DNA of 64,000 nt from Sulfurovum sp. Lineage in GTDB: Bacteria > Campylobacterota > Campylobacteria > Campylobacterales > Sulfurovaceae. Below the pieces are notes generated by a model. That model made no database searches. It worked only from the letters and a program-made list of their open reading frames with translations, and was not told where the DNA came from. The first letter of the stretch is position 1; every line of letters starts with the position of its first letter. This document shows positions 9,779 to 18,433 of the stretch, one piece after another. Location: positions 34,311-98,310 of the forward strand of contig JALUXB010000009.1 in the NCBI GenBank assembly GCA_027019175.1. Reading direction: 5' to 3'. Both the position numbers and the translations under genes were made by a program.

Positions 9779-12578
9779 GCTGCGGAACCTTTTTTTCTTT
9801 TTGTGTTACAGATGATGCCTCACCCTTGGCTTTGGGTCTCATCGACGGAATGGGATGGCTCTTTTTGCCATCCTTTTTTGGACTTGACATCGATGGGGCG
9901 GGAACAGCTTTCGATTGTTTATTCGGCATAGTTCTGTCAGGGATCTGTGGAGCCACCTGCTTTGGAGCGTGTTCCTGCATATAGCCGGGGGCTTCAATGG
10001 TACGCTTGAGTATCTGCAGCGGCAGTGTTAAAATATCTTTTGCCACTGAAGTGTTGACCTTTGGATTGTCCAGTGTCCCTGTCACCTCAAGCCCTACGGT
10101 CATACTATTGTCATCTCCCATCAGAATGTAGCCAAGCAACGGAATTTTGCCCACCATTTTACCAAATTCACGAACTGTCTGGATGGCCAGTTTTATATCG
10201 ATTTTCCTGCTTTTAAGATTCACAACGCCTTTTCCTGTCACCGTAGCGGAGTTGCCCTTCAAATAAACCGAATCAAATACCAGTTTCTGCGGTGTCAAAT
10301 GATATTCCACTACCCCTTCCGAAATTTTAAAACCTTTATTCGAGAAACCCGGTTTGCTCAATGTGGCAAGTGCAGGCAGTGTATTGATGAATGCCAGCGT
10401 ATTGCTGTACGCCTTGAAATCGCTGAGTACACCCCCTTCAATAATGATACGCCCTTTCATAAGCTTAACCGGATCTCCGGTAAGTTTCAGTGAATAGCGC
10501 CCCTGTTTCAGCCCGTCAAAGCCTATGAGCGGGTGCAGTACACGATCCGTAACACGCAGGACTTCTACTGTGAGTATCTTCCCCTTTTTTGTCAGTTTGA
10601 TAATATTGCCCTGACTGCTTCCTATTGCCTTAATATTGCCGTTAGGTTTTATTTCAATATCATAACTGTCCGTTACCAGTTTTCGCTTTCCATAGCGCAG
10701 CTGACTCTTTTTGCCAATGATGACAAACGTTTTCTTCAGCCCCATACTGCTGTTTCCGCTTTTGTGCATTAACTTTTTCTGTTCTTCCATAAAACGTTTC
10801 AAGTCTATGTTGATGTCGGTAAGCGTGATACGCCCTTTGGCGGTATTGATATGTACCCGCTTATCGAAGGCATACAGATTGACCTGTTTTGTAGCGGTAT
10901 TGAATGTTCCTTCAAGCGGAATAGCCGTATAACATACATCTTTGCTGTCATAGAAGAAACAGACATCCTTTTGCACCCTTCCATTGAAATGCCACACCGT
11001 ACCGTTTTCATTTCCCGTAACGTGCAGTTCTCCTCCCGTAATGCCAAGCATATTATTCTTAAGATAAGGAAGCATTTTAGAAAGGTCAGAAAGGAAAATA
11101 TATATACCTTTTCCTTTCTTTGTCAATGTCACTTTCAGTGTCGGCAGTGTAAAACGCAATTGCGTTCCGTAAGAAAGGATCATCGGTATTTTTCGGTTGA
11201 CAATTTCAACATCAGGTGATTTTTCCTTACCCAAAATAAAACGTTTAATATGTAGAACAAGGTCTGCTTTGTGATGAAGCGTGTCGATAGTTCCCTCTAT
11301 AGTACCCTTGTACCATCGTGCATTCACCTGTACATCTTTCAGCGTAGCTTTGCCTGACTTACTGTTGAAAAGCACCCATCCGCCATTGACCGGCAATTTC
11401 AAACTGCCAATATGCAATACCCCCTTGTCAAGTTTCACTTCAACGGAAACGAGCAATTTTCTTTTCTGTTTGCCAAGCGGAATTGTAATGCCGATATTGA
11501 TGCTATTGCGTTTTCCTGTATGTGACACAGGCAGTGTAATGTTATAGGCCTTCAGTATTTTTGCAACCAGCCCGTCAATGGCACTTTGAATCTTCAGATC
11601 AAGAATCAATACAGGTTTCTGTACTCCGACAATATGCTTGATAACCAAATGGGTACCCGAAAGATCCCTGCCTTTACATTGCGGTTTTTCCAGGTCAAAG
11701 TAGAGATTTCCTTTTTTGTAACGCAGCGTCAACGCTTTGGCATGGACAGGGTCCAGACCTTTTTTGTAATATATGGAGACATCTTCAAAACGCCCCTGCG
11801 CCTTTAAGCCGCCAATATCCGGTTTAAGCTGATGATCGACAATATCGATCCGTCCTTTGATATACTCTACCCTGTAGCGCTTTGCACGTACTTTTCTTAC
11901 CGTCCAGTCTTCAATGGTTTTAGGCAGAGAAAAACGGGTAATCAGCGGTTCAAGATTTGTAAATGTTTCGGTATTCACCGCATAGACAATACTGTTGGCA
12001 TGCTGCACTGCACGGAAATGTCCCTTAATTCCGTAGGCCTCGAACCTTCCGCCTGTCTCCAAGGTATTTTTTGCCAAATCATACGTCAGTTTTCCGGCAA
12101 TGGAAATCTTCTCCTTTTTTATGTAGAGCAATGGTACATCAGCAATGAGTTTATTGCCTTTGCGAACAATGTTCCCGGCAATTTCATACTCGTCACTGGT
12201 GATGTAAAGCACATCATCGGCAAACAGTACGGTCAGATGGTTATTCTTGAAATTGATGTGCTCAAGGTAAATTGTTTCAAAATAGGAAAGCAGATTTTTA
12301 ATGCGGTCAAACGTCGCATCTACCCTTTCAAAAGAGGGTTTTTCCTTTGATGCAGGAATAGTAACGGACTTTGCCTTGAGTATAAGCTTTTTATCGAGTT
12401 TGATGTATAATCCAACCACTTTATAGGATCCAACATCGATCCTGTCGACCTGTATGCCATGCAACAGCCAGAAAAACAATGCCGCCACAAGGACAACCAG
12501 CGCGATGAGAAAATCACGAATAACGATATGGAGAAGATGGATCGTATGGGCAGAGAACATTGCCGTGGTCTTGATCAT
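9729..12578 (-). CDS. YhdP/AsmA-like intermembrane lipid-bridge protein
   Basis: N-terminal TM, long beta-rich body, AsmA-like C-terminus (VTGKGVVNL...VGLEVTGTLDNPKV), Pro/Ser/Lys-rich tail. Confidence 0.75.
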   Translation of the reverse strand: MIKTTAMFSAHTIHLLHIVIRDFLIALVVLVAALFFWLLHGIQVDRIDVGSYKVVGLYIKLDKKLILKAKSVTIPASKEKPSFERVDATFDRIKNLLSYFETIYLEHINFKNNHLTVLFADDVLYITSDEYEIAGNIVRKGNKLIADVPLLYIKKEKISIAGKLTYDLAKNTLETGGRFEAYGIKGHFRAVQHANSIVYAVNTETFTNLEPLITRFSLPKTIEDWTVRKVRAKRYRVEYIKGRIDIVDHQLKPDIGGLKAQGRFEDVSIYYKKGLDPVHAKALTLRYKKGNLYFDLEKPQCKGRDLSGTHLVIKHIVGVQKPVLILDLKIQSAIDGLVAKILKAYNITLPVSHTGKRNSINIGITIPLGKQKRKLLVSVEVKLDKGVLHIGSLKLPVNGGWVLFNSKSGKATLKDVQVNARWYKGTIEGTIDTLHHKADLVLHIKRFILGKEKSPDVEIVNRKIPMILSYGTQLRFTLPTLKVTLTKKGKGIYIFLSDLSKMLPYLKNNMLGITGGELHVTGNENGTVWHFNGRVQKDVCFFYDSKDVCYTAIPLEGTFNTATKQVNLYAFDKRVHINTAKGRITLTDINIDLKRFMEEQKKLMHKSGNSSMGLKKTFVIIGKKSQLRYGKRKLVTDSYDIEIKPNGNIKAIGSSQGNIIKLTKKGKILTVEVLRVTDRVLHPLIGFDGLKQGRYSLKLTGDPVKLMKGRIIIEGGVLSDFKAYSNTLAFINTLPALATLSKPGFSNKGFKISEGVVEYHLTPQKLVFDSVYLKGNSATVTGKGVVNLKSRKIDIKLAIQTVREFGKMVGKIPLLGYILMGDDNSMTVGLEVTGTLDNPKVNTSVAKDILTLPLQILKRTIEAPGYMQEHAPKQVAPQIPDRTMPNKQSKAVPAPSMSSPKKDGKKSHPIPSMRPKAKGEASSVTQKEKKVPQPTRSEAPSAGQSVQLF

Positions 12579-13461
12579 ATCGCTGGCCTTTTACATTAGC
12601 ATACCCGTACGGTCCACGCAGACCCTTTATGTCCCGCAAGGCTCAATAAAAAGTATTATAACACAGCTGAGCAAAAAAGGGTACGACCTCTCCATCATCG
12701 ACCGCTATCTGCTGCGTCTGATGGGGCAGCCCCAGCATGGCTGGATCTTTATTGGGAAACACCGACTCAACCGCATCGACTTTCTGCACAAACTCACCTC
12801 TTCCAAGGCGATGATACACAAGGTCACACTCATCCCGGGAGAGACGCTCGAACTTTTCTTTGAGTCACTCTCAAAGCAGTACGGCTTGAACAAGGCAAAA
12901 CTCTGGAAATATTACAAAGAGTATTCTCCCTACCCTGAAGCCGGTATTTATGCCGATACCTATTACGTACCGGTAGGTATCGGCGAAAAACATCTGATGC
13001 AGTTTCTCGTACGCCAATCGGAAAGGCGGTATACTGCACTGGCAAACAAAATATATGGTGTCTATGATAAAAAACAGTGGAAAAAGATATTAACTATATC
13101 CTCAATTATCCAGAAAGAAGCAGCCAATACCAAAGAGATGCCGCTTATCGCATCGGTCATTTACAACCGTCTGAAAAGAAAAATGCGCCTGCAGATGGAT
13201 GGTACCCTGAATTATGGGAAATACTCTCATCTTAAAGTAACACCCGAACGCATTAGAGAAGACAACTCCACGTTCAACACTTACAAATTCAAAGGTATTC
13301 CCCCCTCACCCATCGGTGCCGTTTCACTTTCTGCCATCAAAGCAGCAATAAAACCGGCAAAAACAACACATCTCTATTTTATGAAAAATAAAAGTGGCAC
13401 GCATGATTTCAGCGACTCTTTCAGGGCACACCTAAAGAATATTCAAAAGGTAAAAGAATAA
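12505..13461 (+). CDS. mltG: Endolytic transglycosylase MltG
   Basis: TLIPGET, SIIQKEAAN, ASVIYNRLKRKMRLQMDGT, FNTYKFKGIPPSPI; start estimated at ATG 12505. Confidence 0.92.
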   Translation: MRKSRITIWRRWIVWAENIAVVLIISLAFYISIPVRSTQTLYVPQGSIKSIITQLSKKGYDLSIIDRYLLRLMGQPQHGWIFIGKHRLNRIDFLHKLTSSKAMIHKVTLIPGETLELFFESLSKQYGLNKAKLWKYYKEYSPYPEAGIYADTYYVPVGIGEKHLMQFLVRQSERRYTALANKIYGVYDKKQWKKILTISSIIQKEAANTKEMPLIASVIYNRLKRKMRLQMDGTLNYGKYSHLKVTPERIREDNSTFNTYKFKGIPPSPIGAVSLSAIKAAIKPAKTTHLYFMKNKSGTHDFSDSFRAHLKNIQKVKE

Positions 13462-13519
13462 ATACACTATAATTTTAAGAAAAATTAATTATAATATATT
13501 CGTATCAATATGCAGCCAT

Positions 13520-14758
13520 ATGTGGGACTCCTTTATGTTAAATTTGTTATACAAAGAACGTTACTCATTTCAGACCATTGGTATTGAACGAATGAAAGCG
13601 CACTATCTTTTTACCGAAAAAGATGCCAGAATACTGTACAGTCTGCAACCTATTGCACACAAAGCACTGCCTTCTATGATAGATGCATTCTACAATTTCA
13701 TTTTCAATTTTGAACATGCCAAAGTCTTTCTAAATTCGGAAGAAATTATCAGAAAGCATCGCAAAGGTATTGAACAGTGGTACATGAACCTCTTTTGCGG
13801 ACACTATGATACCGACTATTTCGAAGGACTTTCCACCATCAGTGAAACCCATGTAAAAATCGGTCTGCCTTCCCATTATGTCAATGCAGCATTCAGCTTT
13901 GTCCGCCAGTTTCTTGAAAATATGCTGATCAGGGCGGGTCATACCGACAAACTCTCCTCTTTGCACAAGATCATCGATATCAATCTTGATCTCCTGAGCC
14001 TGACTTACAAACAGGAGTCACTACAGAAACTGATTAAAAACGTAGCAGTTTTAAAGGATACCATAAAATATGGAAATATTGTTCCTTATGTCCAGCCAAT
14101 TTACAGCAATAAAACGGGAAAGATTTCACACTATGAGTGTCTCATGAGAATCCCACACAGAGAAAATTACACGGTTTGTTCCATCGTACATATGTTACAA
14201 CTCGCTAAACAGATACATCTCTACCATGACTTGATGCAACAGATGATCCAAAAGAGCTTTAATGCTTTTACACAGTTACCGCATGCATTCACTCTTAATC
14301 TCAGTTATGAAGATATTGCCAACACCGATTCGAGAAATTTTCTTGAGAAGATGCTTATGGCGCTCCCCAATCCCTCCCGTGTAACATTTGAAATTCTTGA
14401 AACCGACATGATTGCCGACTACAATATCGTTTCGGATTTTATCAAAGAGATTAAAACATATGGATCCCAAATTGCCATTGATGATTTTGGTACAGGCTAC
14501 TCCAATATGGAAAATCTTTTAAAACTGAAACCTGATTATGTCAAAATAGACGGTTCGCTTATTCGGGATATTCACCACTCGGAAAAATCACTGAAACTGG
14601 TAAAGAACATTATCAATATCAGCCGGGATATCGGTGCCAAAACAATTGCCGAACATGTTCACAATGAAGCAGTCTACACCATTCTCCATACACTCGACAT
14701 TGACTACCTGCAAGGCTTCTATCTTTGCAAGCCGTTTCCTCTCTCAGAGCTTACATAG
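13520..14758 (+). CDS. Globin-coupled sensor fused to EAL phosphodiesterase
   Basis: N-terminal protoglobin-like (FYNFIF...ISETHVKIGLPSHYVNAA); C-terminal QPIY, ECLMRI, FEILE, IAIDDFGTGYSN, VKIDGS, IAEHV, QGF. Confidence 0.85.
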   Translation: MWDSFMLNLLYKERYSFQTIGIERMKAHYLFTEKDARILYSLQPIAHKALPSMIDAFYNFIFNFEHAKVFLNSEEIIRKHRKGIEQWYMNLFCGHYDTDYFEGLSTISETHVKIGLPSHYVNAAFSFVRQFLENMLIRAGHTDKLSSLHKIIDINLDLLSLTYKQESLQKLIKNVAVLKDTIKYGNIVPYVQPIYSNKTGKISHYECLMRIPHRENYTVCSIVHMLQLAKQIHLYHDLMQQMIQKSFNAFTQLPHAFTLNLSYEDIANTDSRNFLEKMLMALPNPSRVTFEILETDMIADYNIVSDFIKEIKTYGSQIAIDDFGTGYSNMENLLKLKPDYVKIDGSLIRDIHHSEKSLKLVKNIINISRDIGAKTIAEHVHNEAVYTILHTLDIDYLQGFYLCKPFPLSELT

Positions 14759-14768
14759 AAAACATTTT

Positions 14769-16400
14769 CTAAAAAAAGAGCAACTGAATGATGTTCAGAA
14801 TGAACATTGTAATAAATCCTACTTTATAGACCATCATTTCATTACGCTCAATAAATGATGTGTGGCGGTCAAAATAGGGCTGTACTTTGTCAGGATTGTC
14901 AATTTCATAGAGCATTTCCGAATAGTTGTGGTAGCGCTTGTCCGGATCGGTCTCGATGGCACGCAGAATCACACTCTCCAGCCAGTGCGGTATTTTCGGG
15001 TTGAGCTTACTCGGATGCTTCGCATCTTTCTCGAAACCCGGAGTCTGGAACGGTTCTATTTCTCCAAACGGGAACTTCTGTGTCAATGCCTCGTAGAGTG
15101 TCACCCCTATGGCATAAATCTCTGTCTGTTCGGTAATCGGTGCCTGCTTGAAACGCTCCGGCGCAAGATAGGAAGGTGTACCCGCCCGCGTGACTGTAGA
15201 GTAGGCTTCGGTAATACTGCCAAAATCAACCATTTTGAAAACAATCTTCTCTTTTCGTTTGGTCACAATAATATTTTCAGGTTTGATATCGCCGTGTACC
15301 AGGTTGAACTTAATGAGGTACTGCGACATCTTCAGTAAAAAGTGCGCCAGTTCCACCCCAAGGTCAACACTCAGCGGCTTTTTGGAAATATATTCTTTAA
15401 GAGAAACTCCCTCGATGTATCGCATAATATAATAACGGTGTGTCCTCTTTTTCGGAATAACCGCTTTGGGGAAGAATCCGGCTTTCAAGCGGTTGGCCAT
15501 CCAGACTTCTTTCACAAAAAGATCCAGCATCACCTCATCGTCAATCGCTTCATGGGGTGCAAATTTAATCACATACTGCACCCCTTTCTTCTCACACAGC
15601 CAGGTTCTGTTGTTCTGTATCAACGGTTTGATAAGACGATAACCGTCTATCTCTTCACCTTTTTTGTACTGTTCCTGAATAATCAGGTCTGTCTGCTTCA
15701 GCTTCAGCCTCGGGTCAAGCTCTTTGATTTCAATGACCACGGCAGTGGTATCGTCAGGCAGGTCATCGTTGTGCTTTTTGCTTGCTTTTTTAACCAGAAA
15801 CGAAGCACCCACTTTGATGCCCTCTGCAAGTTCTTCGGGGGAGAGTTCATTGTAAAGCCCATCACTACAGAGCAGAATGCGGTCTCCTGCCTGCAAATTG
15901 TTCTCAAAGTAGTAAGGCTCTACACTCTCTTCAAGCCCGATGGCTGCTGTCAGCACATTCTCCATCCCTTCCTCATCCATCGCATGATCGGAGGAGAGCT
16001 GAGCAAACTGTCCGTTACGGGAGAGGTAGATACGGCTGTCACCCACATTGGCACCGTAAAGCCTGTTTCCTTCAATGACCACCAGTGTAAGGGTTGTCAC
16101 AAGCTCCTGCCGTTCATACTGCTCCATCGATTCAAGATAGAGCACACGGTTGATATTGTCAATAAAATGGCGAATGGACTTTTCCATACTCCAGCTTCGC
16201 GGACGGTTCTTCAGCGACTGCACCAGAAACTGCGCGGTACGCTTTGCCGCTTCGGCACCATGCATTGATGAGCCTACTCCATCGCAGACCACCGCAACAG
16301 TAATGTTCTCCATTACTTTGACTTCGAAATAATCATCGCCTTTAAGCTGCGTACCTTTGGCCAGCGTAAATCCGCTGGTTTCAATATTTTCTTTAGACAT
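14769..16400 (-). CDS. Bifunctional PP2C phosphatase / Hanks Ser-Thr kinase with C-terminal TM
   Basis: VCDGVG, NVGDSRIY, LLCSDGL, DDTT (PP2C); IKF, HGDIKPEN, DFG, GTPSYLAPE (kinase); hydrophobic C-terminus. Confidence 0.92.
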   Translation of the reverse strand: MSKENIETSGFTLAKGTQLKGDDYFEVKVMENITVAVVCDGVGSSMHGAEAAKRTAQFLVQSLKNRPRSWSMEKSIRHFIDNINRVLYLESMEQYERQELVTTLTLVVIEGNRLYGANVGDSRIYLSRNGQFAQLSSDHAMDEEGMENVLTAAIGLEESVEPYYFENNLQAGDRILLCSDGLYNELSPEELAEGIKVGASFLVKKASKKHNDDLPDDTTAVVIEIKELDPRLKLKQTDLIIQEQYKKGEEIDGYRLIKPLIQNNRTWLCEKKGVQYVIKFAPHEAIDDEVMLDLFVKEVWMANRLKAGFFPKAVIPKKRTHRYYIMRYIEGVSLKEYISKKPLSVDLGVELAHFLLKMSQYLIKFNLVHGDIKPENIIVTKRKEKIVFKMVDFGSITEAYSTVTRAGTPSYLAPERFKQAPITEQTEIYAIGVTLYEALTQKFPFGEIEPFQTPGFEKDAKHPSKLNPKIPHWLESVILRAIETDPDKRYHNYSEMLYEIDNPDKVQPYFDRHTSFIERNEMMVYKVGFITMFILNIIQLLFF

Positions 16401-16429
16401 CTACCTTCCCCGTTTCTTGGTTACACCCC

Positions 16430-16484
16430 ATTATAACATTGCCTTCAGCACTTTCAGACGTCCTGCCTGATTAAGATTTGTGCA
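16430..16484 (-). promoter_or_regulatory. Promoter of PP2C-kinase gene with hybrid operator
   Basis: TGT-TATAAT extended -10 on minus strand (16430-16438); TGATTAAGATTTGTGCA at 16468-16484, centre 41 bp upstream of the -10. Confidence 0.65.
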
Positions 16485-16534
16485 GTATATCTATCTGCTA
16501 TAATATGCACAACCCATTCCAAAAGGATATTTTA

Positions 16535-16807
16535 ATGCCCGGCAAAATAATGATCGCAGCACTATGCTGTACTGCCCTTACAATGGGTGCAGAAGACAAC
16601 AACCGTACCAAACAGGCACTTATTCAAAAACAGATTGAAAAACAGAAAGCGTTGGAGAAAAAATATGCTAAAGAACAACGATTCTATCAGGGAGATGAAT
16701 ATGACTTCAAGGGCAAAGAAGTAGACCCCGACATCCTCAAAGATGTCAAGCCTGTGGAACCCGACTATGAGCACACCAACGACTGGGGTGTTGCGGATAA
16801 TGAATGA
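16535..16807 (+). CDS. Small exported hypothetical protein
   Basis: AAAGGA RBS before ATG 16535, signal-like MPGKIMIAALCCTALTMGA, TGC-TATAAT at 16496-16504. Confidence 0.7.
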   Translation: MPGKIMIAALCCTALTMGAEDNNRTKQALIQKQIEKQKALEKKYAKEQRFYQGDEYDFKGKEVDPDILKDVKPVEPDYEHTNDWGVADNE

Positions 16808-16825
16808 TACAAAATCGTTTTAACA

Positions 16826-16900
16826 CGTTTCCCATGCTCTGCGTGGGAATGCATGCCTTAATCTTGCATAGTATGCTCCCACGCAAAGCATGAGAGCAAG
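16826..16900. repeat. Inverted doublet of TCGTTCCCA-family palindrome
   Basis: CGTTTCCCATGCTCTGCGTGGGAATGCAT followed by inverted ATGCTCCCACGCAAAGCATGAGAGCAAG. Confidence 0.75.
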
Positions 16901-16915
16901 AGAAAATTTTTATGC

Positions 16916-18196
16916 TTAAATAATTCCCCCTGCATTGGCACCCCATGTGGTTCTCCAGCGTGTTTTAACAAGCGAAATGGCACCGATGGCAATGAGTACA
17001 AGCCCCGCAAAAATAAAGAAACCGACACTGTAGCTGTCAAACGTCCCTTTCGCCCAGCCAAGTGTTTTGACAAGGAACGTACCGCCGATCCCGCCGGCTG
17101 CACCGATGAGTCCGGTCATAATACCGATATCTTTTCCGAAGCGCTGCGGTACGAGCTGGAAAACTGCACCGTTTGCCATTCCAAGATTGGCCATGATCAA
17201 AAAGAGTACACCAATGGCAACCCAGAACGGAAGCTGTACCGCACCGCTGAGCGCCACCAGTGCAGCAACAACACCAAAAAAGATATAAAGTGCTTTGACC
17301 CCACCCATTTTGTCGGCAATACCACCGCCTACAGGACGCAACACTGCACCGGCAAAGATGGTAAGGGCTCCAAAGTAACCGGCAATGACCTTGACATTCG
17401 GTTCATGGAAAACACTCAATCCAAAAGCACTCATATCTGCCTGATACGTATTCATCAGGTAGACTTTCATATAGTTTGCAAATCCTACAAATCCGCCGAA
17501 GCTGACAGCATAAAAGAGCATAAACCACCAGCTGTCACGGTCTTTGAGCAGTTTCCAGTAATCACCCAGCTTTTTGGGACGCGGCTTGTAAACTGATTCA
17601 GGTGCATCTTTTGCCATTAAAATATAAATGATCAGCACGATGAACGAGAGCAATCCTCCAACAAGGAAAACTGCTTCCCATCCCCAAATTTCTGCGATTT
17701 TAGGTGCAAAAAGGAAGTCAACGACCACACCGATATTCCCTGCTCCGGCAATACCGAGTACGATCCCCTGAAGCTTGGGCGGATACCACTGTCCTGCCTG
17801 CGGCAGTGCCACCGCAAAGGATGCACCGGCAAAACCAAGCCCAAGTGCAACAACCAACAATTCATTATAGGTAATGCTCTCTCCTCTTGAATACGCATAG
17901 AAGAGTGATGCAATCACGATAACCTGTGCGATGATGGCAGTTTTCTTCGGTCCAATCTTGTCGACACCGAAACCAAGTACAATACGCAGCAGTGCACCTG
18001 CCAAAATCGGGATGGAAAGCAGTGTTGCAATCTGCCCTGCACTCAATGCTGTACCGTGATGAGCCAGTGATTCGTTGATCTCGGTTGCCAAAGGCCCGAG
18101 CATCGTCCATACCATAAAACTGAAATCAAAGTAGAGAAATGCCGCAAAAAGTGTCTTTGCATCTCCCTGCCCTTTAAGCGCCTTGAAGTTCGCCAT
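16916..18196 (-). CDS. narK: Nitrate/nitrite MFS transporter (NarK/NasA family)
   Basis: FAGASFAVALPQAGQWYP, GIAGAGNIG, LRPVGGGIADKMGG, GMANGAVFQLVPQRF nitrate-signature motifs. Confidence 0.93.
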   Translation of the reverse strand: MANFKALKGQGDAKTLFAAFLYFDFSFMVWTMLGPLATEINESLAHHGTALSAGQIATLLSIPILAGALLRIVLGFGVDKIGPKKTAIIAQVIVIASLFYAYSRGESITYNELLVVALGLGFAGASFAVALPQAGQWYPPKLQGIVLGIAGAGNIGVVVDFLFAPKIAEIWGWEAVFLVGGLLSFIVLIIYILMAKDAPESVYKPRPKKLGDYWKLLKDRDSWWFMLFYAVSFGGFVGFANYMKVYLMNTYQADMSAFGLSVFHEPNVKVIAGYFGALTIFAGAVLRPVGGGIADKMGGVKALYIFFGVVAALVALSGAVQLPFWVAIGVLFLIMANLGMANGAVFQLVPQRFGKDIGIMTGLIGAAGGIGGTFLVKTLGWAKGTFDSYSVGFFIFAGLVLIAIGAISLVKTRWRTTWGANAGGII

Positions 18197-18225
18197 TCTT
18201 GCTCCTTAAACAAATTAATGTACGA

Positions 18226-18280
18226 ATTATACTGTAACGTTATGGCATTCATTACCTTTATATTGATTATTTTTTAATCA
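18226..18280 (-). promoter_or_regulatory. narK promoter with 17-bp operator
   Basis: TATAAT on minus strand 18226-18231; TGATTATTTTTTAATCA at 18264-18280, centre 41 bp upstream. Confidence 0.78.
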
Positions 18281-18340
18281 TATTTTTTTACCTGTTTTAG
18301 AGCCCAATCATAGACGATAAGCTTATATAGATCAAACAAT

Positions 18341-18396
18341 TGATTATTTTTTAATCATATTTTTCTCTGCAATTCTACATCTGTTTTGGATATAAT
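18341..18396 (+). promoter_or_regulatory. nirA promoter with 17-bp operator
   Basis: TGATTATTTTTTAATCA at 18341-18357; TATAAT 18391-18396, centre 42 bp upstream. Confidence 0.78.
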
Positions 18397-18433
18397 GACG
18401 CAGATTGAATAACGACAGGAGCAGCGTGATTAT

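Noticed and set aside
18264-18357. Reading the TTGAT..ATCA palindromes as FNR/CRP boxes
   Set aside because: FNR needs TTGAT-N4-ATCAA; here the half-sites are much further apart, in a 17-bp 5-7-5 layout
18386-18402. GG-N10-GC spacing upstream of nirA as a sigma54 promoter
   Set aside because: Only GG and GC match (TGGATATAATGACGCA), a perfect TATAAT sits inside it, and the other regulon promoters lack this spacing; TSS mapping would settle it
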